From an uncultured Planctomycetia bacterium (GTDB taxonomy: Bacteria; Omnitrophota; Gorgyraeia; Duberdicusellales; 4484-171), in assembly GCA_964483625.1 (NCBI GenBank), contig CAZABB010000006.1, forward strand, positions 2,129-66,128: 64,000 bases of DNA, in the 5' to 3' direction. Every line of letters begins with the position of its first letter. The stretch's first letter is position 1. Positions 38,096 to 47,889 of this stretch are shown here, one piece after another. Under the pieces are notes generated by a model. That model ran no database searches and was not told the origin of the DNA. It saw only the letters and a list, made by a program, of their open reading frames with translations. Made by a program: the position numbers and the translations under genes.

Positions 38096-39415
38096 ATGGT
38101 CTTAAAAAATAAAGTTATATCGCTTTCAGAATTTGAAGAAATTCCCCTCTCTGAGCTTGAGGTAAAGATTGGCAAACGAGGCATCAGGCTTTTGAAGAGG
38201 ATTAATTCCCGGAGCGGTTGCGAGATTTTTCGCCTCTTGCATGATAGGGTTAAGGCTTCTCATTATGTGGGTTTTGTCCGTGTTCTTGGTTACACGATTC
38301 AGGTCGTGCCTAAAGTTTTTGGGGAGGACAAGCCGGATAATCTCCATTTCCTTCTTTGCCTTTTGAGATATACAAGGAAGATTCAGGTCAAGGAGCACGA
38401 AATCGGTAATCTGGGGAAGGTCAAGGATGACTTTTTCGAGATATTGATTTTCTTGTTTGCTAAGGCTCTTCGGGAGCTTTTGCGGAGGGATTTTAAAAAG
38501 ACGTATGTTGTCCGTGAAGAAAATAGTCCGTTCTTGAAGGGAAAATTCTTAATCAGTGAGAATGTCAGGCGGAATATTTTTGATGATTCGAGGTATTGTT
38601 GCAGGTTTGATGAATTCACTGAGAATAATTTGATGAATCAGCTCTTTAAGTATGTTGTTTCGATGCTCATAAGGATATCGAGGTCTGTGTCCAATAAGAA
38701 GCTCCTTGAGGATATCCTCATATATTTATGTGATGTTGAATTGGTGAATATTACCTGTGCGGATATTGATAGGATTCACTTTACCCGTCTCAACAATTCA
38801 TATGAGCCGTTGGTAAACCTGTGCAGATTATTCCTTGAAAACATGAGCATCCGTTTCTCAGCTTCCAAGCTCGAGACTTTCGTGTTCATGTTTGACATGA
38901 ACAGGCTGTTTGAGGAATTTGTCTTTGAGTTCGTTAGAAGAAACAGGAGTAAATTGTTTATTGGCGGGGAAAACGAAGTTGTTTTTGTTAAAGACCAGAT
39001 TTATATTGGCAAGCTGTTCGACGAATTCAAGATGCGAGGGGATATTCTCATTAAGGACTCTTCAGGCAGACTTATTTTGTTGGATACGAAGTATAAAACT
39101 CTTGATTCATACGCCCTTCATGGGCGTTTGTCTCAAGCAGACTTTTATCAGATGTTTACTTATTCGACATCGCAAGAACAAAAGTATGAGGATGTAATCT
39201 TGTTGTATCCTTCCAATGAAGAGGTGGCCGAGCCTTTCACTGATAAAGAGCTTAGGCATGTTATAGCTGGAAAAGAGACTGTTAAGATTCATGTCAGAAC
39301 AATCAGTCTTACTAAAATATTCAATGCGGAAAAGAAGTCAATTAATGAGACGGCGATGATTGAAGAGTTAAATAAAGCATTTATGTTGCCTTCTGCTAAT
39401 TTGGTATTGAGGTGA
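38096..39415 (+). CDS. mcrC: McrC-family nuclease subunit
   Basis: YVG, VPK, DMNRLFEEFV, GD...LDTKYK, DFYQMFTY. Confidence 0.92.
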   Translation: MVLKNKVISLSEFEEIPLSELEVKIGKRGIRLLKRINSRSGCEIFRLLHDRVKASHYVGFVRVLGYTIQVVPKVFGEDKPDNLHFLLCLLRYTRKIQVKEHEIGNLGKVKDDFFEILIFLFAKALRELLRRDFKKTYVVREENSPFLKGKFLISENVRRNIFDDSRYCCRFDEFTENNLMNQLFKYVVSMLIRISRSVSNKKLLEDILIYLCDVELVNITCADIDRIHFTRLNNSYEPLVNLCRLFLENMSIRFSASKLETFVFMFDMNRLFEEFVFEFVRRNRSKLFIGGENEVVFVKDQIYIGKLFDEFKMRGDILIKDSSGRLILLDTKYKTLDSYALHGRLSQADFYQMFTYSTSQEQKYEDVILLYPSNEEVAEPFTDKELRHVIAGKETVKIHVRTISLTKIFNAEKKSINETAMIEELNKAFMLPSANLVLR

Positions 39416-39447
39416 CAAGGTAGTGACGTTTTGCCGGAGGAATAATA

Positions 39448-40305
39448 ATGAAAAAACCTATGATTTCCAGATATATTTCAGATGAACGAATTTTTGAGGA
39501 TATTATCTGCAAAGATTTTGAGTTCCTTGTGGATAAGATAAAGCAGTCTGGCTTTGAGTATTCGCTCGAAATCAGGGAAGATTACTTTAATCTGTATTAT
39601 CAGGGTAACAGTATAGGCAAGATTACCTTTCGAGCTCGCAACAGGGATTATAAAGTTGGAATCAATAAGAAGTTTGTTGATAAGAAGATGAATGACCGTT
39701 TTGATGGTCAGAAATCAGGTGACTATGTTGATTTCTTCATTTCTCCAAAGAAATTGCAGTCTTTTTTCTCTGAAGCTAATTTAAGGTTTCTCAGCCAGAA
39801 GGTCAGGGACGTGAATTATCAGGAGGAGATTGCTTTTGAGCAGATGATTATGACTGATAACGTCGGCAGACCTGATTTTGTCGTAATTGACAGGCAGGTG
39901 GTTGACCACTCGAGCAGGGAGAAGATAGATTTGCTTGGCCTCAAAAGGGTTTCTGGGGATAATTTTCAGTTTTGCGTGCTTGAAGTAAAGCTGGGAAAGA
40001 ATGAGGAATTGAAAGGCGCAGTGAGCGGTCAGCTAAAGCGATATGTCAGGAGGGTTACAGACCATTTTGAAGAATATAAGCAGTGTTATGAAAAGAATTT
40101 TGAGCAGAAAAAGATATTGGGTTTGATTAATAGCATAGAAAAGGTTTGTATTGTTAAGCCTGTCCTCGGCATTGTTGTTGTAGGTGGCTATGGCGGTTTA
40201 GCAGAACCGAACATAAAAGAACTTAGAGGCAAGGATAAAGATATCAGGATTCTTCACATAAAGAACGAGATAGACTTTAACAAAGTAGAGCCAAAATGCA
40301 ATTAA
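39448..40305 (+). CDS. PD-(D/E)xK-like nuclease
   Basis: E.AFEQ, KIDLL...VLEVKLG, QLKRY. Confidence 0.6.
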   Translation: MKKPMISRYISDERIFEDIICKDFEFLVDKIKQSGFEYSLEIREDYFNLYYQGNSIGKITFRARNRDYKVGINKKFVDKKMNDRFDGQKSGDYVDFFISPKKLQSFFSEANLRFLSQKVRDVNYQEEIAFEQMIMTDNVGRPDFVVIDRQVVDHSSREKIDLLGLKRVSGDNFQFCVLEVKLGKNEELKGAVSGQLKRYVRRVTDHFEEYKQCYEKNFEQKKILGLINSIEKVCIVKPVLGIVVVGGYGGLAEPNIKELRGKDKDIRILHIKNEIDFNKVEPKCN

Positions 40306-41561
40306 CTATTTATCGTGGCACTAAGGAAATCGGCGGTTCTTGTGTTGAGCTTCAGACCAGGAATGCAAGGCTTCTTGTCGATTTCGGTCTTCCTTTGAGT
40401 GATGAGACTTTTTCTAAGGACGTTAAGAAGAAGTCCATGAAGGATTTCATAAGGGATGGATTGCTTCCTGACGTTGAGGGATTATATGATAAGCCGGGCT
40501 TTGACGCTGTTCTGCTGAGTCATGCCCATCAGGATCATTACGGCCTTCTTTCCTTTGTGCATCCCGATATTCCAATCTGCATGAGCCGGGGCACGAAGGA
40601 GCTTGTCGAGCTCAGCTATCTTTTTGGCCAGACAAACTGCAACCTTAAGAATGTCAGGGTCGTGGAGGCTTGGAAGACTTTTGAAATAAAGGATGTCAGG
40701 GTGACTCCTTACCTTGTTGACCATTCAGGCTTTGACGCAATGGCTTTTCTCATAGAAGCCGACGGGAAACGAATCTTCTATACTGGCGATTTCAGGGCGC
40801 ATGGAAGAAAATCGGTGCTTTTCCGCTCCATGATAGAAAATCCTCCGAAGGATATTGATTACCTGATTATGGAAGGCACAATGCTTTCAAGGGAAAATGA
40901 GGAACGCAAGACCGAGGATGATGTCGAGAAAGAGCTGGTGTCTCTTTTGAAATCTCAAGGCAATCTCACTTTTTTGTCCTGCTCGTCCCAGAATATCGAC
41001 AGGCTTGTTTCTGCATACAGGGCGTGCATGCAGACGGACACTTTGTTTGTAGTTGACCCCTATACTGCTTATGTTCTTTATGAGCTGAAAGACATCTCGA
41101 AGGGACTCCCTCAATATGATTGGGGCAGGAACATGAGGATATTTTTCATCCCGAACAAATACACGGACAAAGTTCTTAATGGGAAAAAGATGTATCAGTT
41201 TAAGAGGGCGAAAATCACAAAAGAAGAAGTGTTCTCTCTTGAGAAAAAAATGCTTGTTAAGGATTCTTACACCATGAGGAATATCTTCAGGAACAAGCGG
41301 TTGCTCAAAGGCACTTCAGTCATATATTCGCAGTGGGAAGGATATCTTGATGACATAAAGGAATTCTGGGATAAGAATGGGGTTAAGATTATACAGGTGC
41401 ATGTCTCAGGCCACGCTTACGTTGCGGACTTGATTAAGTTCGCACAAGCGGTAAAACCTAAGAACATTATTCCTATACACACTGAGAGGGCAGAAAGATT
41501 TAAGGAATTATTCGATGCAAATATAATCTCTGTCAATGATAGGCAGAGAATAGATTTATAA
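40296..41561 (+). CDS. Metallo-beta-lactamase/beta-CASP (RNase J-like) hydrolase
   Basis: EIGGSC, SHAHQDH, VDHS, YTGDFR, HVSGHA, IPIHTE. Confidence 0.88.
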   Translation: MQLTIYRGTKEIGGSCVELQTRNARLLVDFGLPLSDETFSKDVKKKSMKDFIRDGLLPDVEGLYDKPGFDAVLLSHAHQDHYGLLSFVHPDIPICMSRGTKELVELSYLFGQTNCNLKNVRVVEAWKTFEIKDVRVTPYLVDHSGFDAMAFLIEADGKRIFYTGDFRAHGRKSVLFRSMIENPPKDIDYLIMEGTMLSRENEERKTEDDVEKELVSLLKSQGNLTFLSCSSQNIDRLVSAYRACMQTDTLFVVDPYTAYVLYELKDISKGLPQYDWGRNMRIFFIPNKYTDKVLNGKKMYQFKRAKITKEEVFSLEKKMLVKDSYTMRNIFRNKRLLKGTSVIYSQWEGYLDDIKEFWDKNGVKIIQVHVSGHAYVADLIKFAQAVKPKNIIPIHTERAERFKELFDANIISVNDRQRIDL

Positions 41562-41777
41562 GGAATTCTGGTGAACTATAAAGAAATACCTATGGATGTC
41601 CGTATTGACCGTATCGGCTCTCTTCTCGCTAAGGCCGTTCATCTGGCTGTCTTGAAGGAGAGGTCTGATTTCTTTGTTGATTCTTCTGGCCGGGACATAT
41701 TCGGGGAGTCTTCGGATTGTTGATTTTCCTCTCTGTGGAAAAGATTTATATAGCTGGATTCTAAGGAAGGTTCGTTT

Positions 41778-42503
41778 ATGAAAAGAAAAAAAGGTTCTTC
41801 TGTCCGCTGGTTCGGCGACTGGGCGAATGAATATGATTCTACCTTAGGCAGTATGGGGTTTCATTGCGGTCTGCTGGATTTGGTCGTTTCGGTCTCGGGC
41901 GTCAGGGATTCTGACAGGGTTCTGGACATCGGGTGTGGGACTGGCCTTCTGAGCCTCAGGTTTTTGAGGGCTTCGGAGTGTTCGGTTGTGGGTGTCGATA
42001 ATTCCCGAGAGATGATTGGGATATTCCGTGAGAAGATTGAGAAGCTTGGCATCGGAGAAAAAATGAGACTCAGCCTGATGGATGCCTCTTCTCTCAGGTT
42101 CGGCAAGGAAAGTTTTGATGTTGTGGCTTCTACTGTTACGCTTCATCACCTAAAAGACAAGCTGAAATCCCTGAAAACTATCCATAAGATTCTCAGACCC
42201 AGCGGTAAACTGGTTATCGGAGATATCGACATGGACACTACCGGAAAGCTTACTGATGAAAGAAGGATGAGAAGGATTCTCGATGTCCTTGCCGATGAGT
42301 GGATTTCTGCCCTGAAAGAGTCGGGAATTGACAGCTTTGAGAGGATGTTTGACAACGGGAAGAAGCATATCCTTAACGACGGGGAATATTGCATCGACTT
42401 TAAGCAGTGGTCGAGATTGTGCAAGAAAGCAGGTTTTAAATCAGTATCAGTAAAATCTGTTCCAGGACACAGCAGGTTTAAGGTTCTGCTCGCAAGAAAG
42501 TAG
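41778..42503 (+). CDS. Class I SAM-dependent methyltransferase
   Basis: VLDIGCGTG, GVDNS, FDVV, LHHL, LRPSG. Confidence 0.9.
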   Translation: MKRKKGSSVRWFGDWANEYDSTLGSMGFHCGLLDLVVSVSGVRDSDRVLDIGCGTGLLSLRFLRASECSVVGVDNSREMIGIFREKIEKLGIGEKMRLSLMDASSLRFGKESFDVVASTVTLHHLKDKLKSLKTIHKILRPSGKLVIGDIDMDTTGKLTDERRMRRILDVLADEWISALKESGIDSFERMFDNGKKHILNDGEYCIDFKQWSRLCKKAGFKSVSVKSVPGHSRFKVLLARK

Positions 42504-42513
42504 AGCTTGCCTT

Positions 42514-42675
42514 ATGAAAAAGAATACGCAAAAAGAAGAGAAGAAAGCCTCTCTCCGCAATGATCTTACTCTGCCTTTGACTGTTCTTGAGATGATTGCC
42601 GACGGGAAAGATGTGCCGAAGAAAGATGTTTTGATTGCATTGAAAGAAATCAGAAAAGCAGCAGATAATCTTTGA
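42514..42675 (+). CDS. 53-aa protein resembling a degenerate HisKA helix pair
   Basis: Hand translation: ASLRNDLTLPLTVLEMIAD. Confidence 0.3.
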   Translation: MKKNTQKEEKKASLRNDLTLPLTVLEMIADGKDVPKKDVLIALKEIRKAADNL

Positions 42676-42730
42676 TTAAAAAGGAAAAAGATTATTAATC
42701 TTGAGAACATGTACTGGAGTAAGGTCGATA

Positions 42731-43621
42731 ATGGCAAAGAAAGAAAAACATGGCTGGATTTGGGATGAACAGGAGAAAGAATTGATTCTTTCTCTTAAAA
42801 GCAAACTGCGAACGAGATGTTTGCAGCTTAATACGCAATTATCACGATTTGAAGAATCTTTACCTGCCTATTCTGAAGAGGCTAATAACACTGCAAAACC
42901 TTATCTAAATCTTGCAGACGAATTGTTATCGCTTGATGGACGAACAGCAGGACGGAAATATCAGCAGATGTCGCCTGAGGATGTACGGGGGGCACTTAAA
43001 AGACTGGAAATCCTGTATCAGGCATGGGTATTGTTTACTAATAGGGCAGACATACAGGAAGCTATTCGAGAGAGAAACAGGGATATGAGAAAAGAAGCAC
43101 GAGGATTTAAGTCTGCCGCTTTGAAAAAGATAGAGAGCGAAGAATACAAAAACCAGCTTGAGATGATAACGGATGCTTTGATAGTTCAGGCCGGTCAAGT
43201 GGTTCCTCTCAGCGGAGGGTTTCTCTCTCCATCTAAATTAGACAAAAAAGACAAAGAAATCCTGCAGCGGCTTCTCCTCGTTCATTTCGTCAGATTCTCA
43301 TACGAATTCCATGCAGACAGAAAAGAACAAATGCGGAAATTCTTAGAAGCGCATCCGGAGGGGACATTAAAGGATGTGATAACCCATGCTGTTTATATAG
43401 TCATTAAGAGCCATATTCTAAAATCTTCCCCCATGATTTCTCCTCAAAAACACATCCAATCCCTGTTTCTTAACTCTTTTGAAGGCCTGACTCGAAGTTT
43501 TGCGGAATGGAGGGATAAGAAACAATCTCTCAAAAAGCTTGATAAGGATTATTTCACCATTTTAGGGGCAGATTTTTCATTAACAGCTAAATCGGAAAAG
43601 GCTAAGCCACGAAAGGGATAG
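42731..43621 (+). CDS. Helical hypothetical protein
   Basis: Long ORF; start taken at MAKKEK. Confidence 0.65.
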   Translation: MAKKEKHGWIWDEQEKELILSLKSKLRTRCLQLNTQLSRFEESLPAYSEEANNTAKPYLNLADELLSLDGRTAGRKYQQMSPEDVRGALKRLEILYQAWVLFTNRADIQEAIRERNRDMRKEARGFKSAALKKIESEEYKNQLEMITDALIVQAGQVVPLSGGFLSPSKLDKKDKEILQRLLLVHFVRFSYEFHADRKEQMRKFLEAHPEGTLKDVITHAVYIVIKSHILKSSPMISPQKHIQSLFLNSFEGLTRSFAEWRDKKQSLKKLDKDYFTILGADFSLTAKSEKAKPRKG

Positions 43622-43623
43622 AT

Positions 43624-43854
43624 TTATTCCTTTACGCAGATTATGGTCTTTCCGTCGAATAATGAATTGCAGGATAGACAGAACCAGACACCTTTTAATG
43701 GTATGATTTTCCCTTCCGAAGAATCCTCGCCGAGCAATAAAGAGCAGTTCTCAAACCTTTCATAAGACTTGTCCGCTTCTCGCCAGCCAGCAACCTCAGA
43801 AGTGTTATAACTGCCACAGCCGGGGCATTTTTTATCAGGTGATTTGTCAGGCAC
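43624..43854 (-). CDS. Small Zn-ribbon protein
   Basis: AAGGAG RBS, CPGC ... CLSC. Confidence 0.55.
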   Translation of the reverse strand: MPDKSPDKKCPGCGSYNTSEVAGWREADKSYERFENCSLLLGEDSSEGKIIPLKGVWFCLSCNSLFDGKTIICVKE

Positions 43855-43993
43855 TAAATATCTCCTTTAAAGAAAATATAGCATATATTTCTGATAGGGG
43901 CATATTAAAGAAAGCTGTATTGATGGGGGTGAGGGAGTTAATGGCTGTTGTTAAGAGGATTTGAATTTTTTTCTGAATGGGTTGTGTTCGAAT

Positions 43994-44569
43994 TTATGCA
44001 CTTTGAATAGGTGGCATTCTTTGCAGAGGGTCATCGTATTTTTTTCCCAGTCTTTCCACCATCCCCTTTCTCATCTCATGCCTTCCATTCTCCCAGTCCA
44101 GCAGTGTAGAAGGGTCTATCCCTAACTCCTCTGCCATCTCCCTGTGGGTCTTCAGCAGGCTCAGGCGTAGTGCTCTCAGAACAATTCCTTTATTAGCTTC
44201 TCCATTCATTAGTCTTTGTTTGATCTCTTCGTGGTTGAAGAGAAGGGACTTTTCTATGCTGTATCTTTTTGACAGGGTTTCTTTGAGGACTTCCTGCGGT
44301 ATCTGTATCTTTTGTAGGATTAGTTTCAGGCTTCTTATCTCTGGTGTCCGTTTGTCCTGTTCCCATGCGAGGAGTATGTCCTGACTGCATCCGATTTGTC
44401 CCGCCATCTGTCCGGCGGTCATTTCCCTGTCTATCCTTTCCTTTCTCAGATACTGCCCGAAAGTCTTTGGTTTTGTGGTGTAATAGCCTCTCTGTTCGAG
44501 CAGGTCTAATTCAAGCTGTATGGTGATGGTAAGTGTTTCCCGTCGGTCGGTTTGCTTTGTGTTACGCAT
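43994..44569 (-). CDS. Double XRE-type HTH region; predicted C-terminal part of the recombinase in the excised form
   Basis: FGQYLRKER...MA..IG.S...[10 protein letters not shown] and LRALR...[18 protein letters not shown]; in frame with the recombinase across attP. Confidence 0.85.
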   Translation of the reverse strand: MRNTKQTDRRETLTITIQLELDLLEQRGYYTTKPKTFGQYLRKERIDREMTAGQMAGQIGCSQDILLAWEQDKRTPEIRSLKLILQKIQIPQEVLKETLSKRYSIEKSLLFNHEEIKQRLMNGEANKGIVLRALRLSLLKTHREMAEELGIDPSTLLDWENGRHEMRKGMVERLGKKYDDPLQRMPPIQSA

Positions 44570-44596
44570 GGACAGGGGTTCATCGCCGCAATCGAT
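44550..44596 (-). other. attL (B-P') junction; predicted TG crossover at 44573-44574
   Basis: Minus: gcgatgaacccc-TG-tccatgcgtaacacaaagcaaac. Confidence 0.8.
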
Positions 44597-45624
44597 AAAA
44601 ATCGGGCCGGTAGCCGGACGCGGCGTGAAGCCCGGGCGATATGAACCGACCCTTCCTCAATCGGCTGCCGTAACGCCTCCAGAGAACTGCGGGAAAATTC
44701 CGGCAGTTCATCGAGGAACAATACGCCGTAATGAGCCAGAGTAATCTCCCCCGGCTGAACGCGTGTCCCCCCTCCCACCAGCGCCACTCCCGACGCGGTA
44801 TGGTGAGGATTGCGGAACGGTCGCCTTTTAAGAAACGGCCGCTGAGGGTCAAGCTCACCGGCAATGCTGTAAATTCTGGTAACCTCAAGCGCTTCCTCAT
44901 AGGACATATCCGGCAAAATCGTCGGGACCCGGCGAGCCAGCATCGTCTTCCCGACCCCGGGCGGGCCGATGAGAATCATATTATGCATCCCGCTTACGGC
45001 GATCTCCATCGCTCTTTTGGCAAATACCTGCCCTTTTACCTCATCAAAGTCAACGGGATAACGAGGCGTCACTCCTTCAAGTTTATCCTCAAGAGACGGC
45101 CGGACCGGTTCTTTAGGAATCGTCCCCGAAAGAAATCCTACCGCATCTTTCAGACTCCTTACCGGATATACCTCTACCCCTTCAACCAGAGATGCCTCAA
45201 GAGCATTGCCCTGGGGAATAATCAATTTCTTCTTGAGTTCTCTCGCTTTCAGCGCGGCGGGAAACGCACCGGTTATGCCGCGAACACCTCCCTCCAAGGA
45301 AAGTTCACCCAGAATTAGACAATCGGAGAACACGACGGATATCTGCCCTGACGCCTGCAAGATTCCCAATGCGATGGCAAGATCGAAATGAGAACCTTCT
45401 TTTTTCACGTTCGCCGGGGCGACATTCACCGTTATCCGCTGCGCCGGGAAAAGATAGCCGCTGTTTTTTACGCCGGAACGGACCCGATCCCGGCTTTCCT
45501 TAGCCGCGGTATCAAGCATCCCGACCAGAGATACAGCCGGCAGGCCGCGCTGGGAATCGACTTCGACCTCGACCCGATGAAGCTCAAGACCAGAATATGT
45601 GAGAGAAAAAAGCTTGGCGACCAT
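44573..45624 (-). pseudogene. comM: comM/YifB 5' fragment (ORF continues into the element to a stop at 44506)
   Basis: [50 protein letters not shown]. Confidence 0.95.
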
Positions 45625-45864
45625 AATCGGTTCTTCTGTTTTGATCTATTGTATGCCGGAAAGATAGGAGATGACAACAGGAAACTACTGTCCCGGTTCT
45701 CCTTTTTTCTGTCATGGTTCCACCTGGAAAAACCGCATCATACCGGGAAAACCTTTAAAATATTACGCCGTGTGGTAAAATACACCATCCTGGCAGTTCA
45801 CCCGTGCTTCCGTTATCCCGTTGTTATGAACGGGTAAACGCAAAAACGGGCTAACCCGAAACAT

Positions 45865-47808
45865 ATGAAAAAATATTCGTTAGATTCATTCCAGACTCCC
45901 CATACGGTCGAATTCGACGGCAATCTGAATGAACAACAACGCAAAGTCGTCCGGGAAGCTGACGGTCCGGCTCTGGTTTTAGCCGGCGCCGGCAGTGGCA
46001 AAACCCGGGTGCTTATCTACCGTCTGGCACATCTTCTGGAAACAGGCATCCCGCCCCAAGAAATCCTTCTGGTCACCTTCACCAACAAAGCCGCGGCCGA
46101 GATGTCGCACCGGGCCGAAAGCCTCCTGAAACGAACATTGAATGATTTGTGGTCGGGGACATTCCACCATATCGGCAACGTGATTTTACGGAAAGAGGCC
46201 GCGGTCTTAGGCTATACCTCCAATTTTACGATTATCGACCGGGAAGATTCGCTCGATTTTTTCGACGACTGCATCGAAGAACTCGGGCTGGACAAACGGG
46301 ACAAACTATTTCCCAAGAAAAATGTCATAAGCAATATCTGGTCGCTTTCGGTCAGCTCCCTGAAAGAATCCGAAGAAGTCATAAGTTCTTGTTATCCCCA
46401 TCTGGAAGAATTCATCCCGGCGATAAAAAAAGTCATCCATCTCTACGGCAAGAAAAAGAAAGAAGCCAATGTTATGGATTTCTCCGATTTGCTGTCGAGG
46501 TGGCTCCAGCTTATGCAGAATGAATCCCTGGCCGAAAAGTACAGCCGCCTGTTCCGCTATATCCTCGTCGACGAGTATCAGGATACCAACCGTATTCAGT
46601 TCGAACTCCTCCAGAAAATATCTTCTTTCCACAACAACATTCTCGTTGTCGGCGATGACGCCCAGTCCATCTACTCATTCCGCGCCGCCGATATCAATAA
46701 TATCCTTGATTTTCCCAAGACCTTCCCCGGCGCACGGATATTCAAACTGGAAACCAACTACCGTTCCTCACCCCAGATCCTTTACCTGGCAAACCAGATC
46801 ATCAAACATAACATAAACCAGTTCCCCAAAGAATTAAAGGCGGTAAAGAAAGGGGGTGAAATCCCGGTAATCGTAAAAACCAAAGATGTCTACGGTCAGG
46901 CCCGTTTCGTCGCCCAGAGAGTCCTTGACCTCATCCGCGAGGGAATGACGCTGAAAAATATCGCCGTTCTATTCCGTTCCCGGTTTCAAGCGCTGGAGCT
47001 GGAAATGGAACTACTGAAACGGAATATCCCCTACATCGTACGGGGCGGAATGAGATTTTTCGAACAATCGCACATTAAAGACGTCCTTTCTTACCTGCGT
47101 TACCAGATGAACACCCGCGATGAAATTTCATTTAAACGCGCCGTCTGCCTGCATCGGGCCATCGGCCGGGGGTACGCTGCGAAAATATACCATAAATTGA
47201 ACCAGGAGGGGAAGAATTTCGCTGCGGTTACAAAAGAACTGCCGAAACGGCAGCGGGAAGGCTTCAAAGAATTCACCCGACTCATCAGTCAGATCGACAA
47301 GAACTCATCAGCCGAGCAAGCGGTACGCACGATCATGAAATCCTACCAGGATCATTGCTATCTTTCTTTCGATAACCCCCAAGACCGTATTCAGGATCTT
47401 GAAGAACTGGCAAAAATGGCTCACAGTTACGCGGGCGTAAAAGATTTCCTTCTCGATTTAGGCTCATATGAGGAATTTAAAGGGGAAACGGTAGTGTCGC
47501 CGAGAGACTCAAATGAACTTCTCGTCCTTTCAACCATACATCAGGCAAAAGGTCTTGAGTGGAACGTTGTATTTTTTATCGGGTTCTGTGACTATGAATT
47601 CCCTCACCCGAAATCGCTGGGGACACCGGAATCCATCGAGGAGGAACGCCGCCTGTTTTATGTGACGGTAACGCGGGCAAAAGACGAATTATATATTGTG
47701 TACCCGGAAACAAAATATACCTACCGCAACGGTTTGATCATTACCCGTGCTTCTCAATTTTACTGGGAGTTGCCGGGCTCAGCATTTGAAGAATGGGAAG
47801 CAATATAA
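45865..47808 (+). CDS. uvrD: UvrD/PcrA/Rep ATP-dependent DNA helicase
   Basis: AGAGSGKT, TFTNKAA, DEYQD, GDDAQSIYSFR, NYRS, TIHQAKGLE, YVTVTRAK. Confidence 0.9.
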   Translation: MKKYSLDSFQTPHTVEFDGNLNEQQRKVVREADGPALVLAGAGSGKTRVLIYRLAHLLETGIPPQEILLVTFTNKAAAEMSHRAESLLKRTLNDLWSGTFHHIGNVILRKEAAVLGYTSNFTIIDREDSLDFFDDCIEELGLDKRDKLFPKKNVISNIWSLSVSSLKESEEVISSCYPHLEEFIPAIKKVIHLYGKKKKEANVMDFSDLLSRWLQLMQNESLAEKYSRLFRYILVDEYQDTNRIQFELLQKISSFHNNILVVGDDAQSIYSFRAADINNILDFPKTFPGARIFKLETNYRSSPQILYLANQIIKHNINQFPKELKAVKKGGEIPVIVKTKDVYGQARFVAQRVLDLIREGMTLKNIAVLFRSRFQALELEMELLKRNIPYIVRGGMRFFEQSHIKDVLSYLRYQMNTRDEISFKRAVCLHRAIGRGYAAKIYHKLNQEGKNFAAVTKELPKRQREGFKEFTRLISQIDKNSSAEQAVRTIMKSYQDHCYLSFDNPQDRIQDLEELAKMAHSYAGVKDFLLDLGSYEEFKGETVVSPRDSNELLVLSTIHQAKGLEWNVVFFIGFCDYEFPHPKSLGTPESIEEERRLFYVTVTRAKDELYIVYPETKYTYRNGLIITRASQFYWELPGSAFEEWEAI

Positions 47809-47889
47809 AATATCAAAAATCAAAAACAGGTTTTTTCTTTCTTATTTTTTATGTTTGATATGTATTTTTAATATTTGTTATTTGCTTTT

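Larger units (their letters stand above)
10628..44574. mobile_element. 33.9-kb integrative element inserted in comM by a large serine recombinase
   Basis: comM halves flank it; ungapped junction similarity (offset 33,945); recombinase at the boundary; defence and recombinase cargo; composition differs from host. Confidence 0.93.

Noticed and set aside
10628-44574. Prophage call
   Set aside because: No terminase, portal, capsid, tail or lysis genes recognised.
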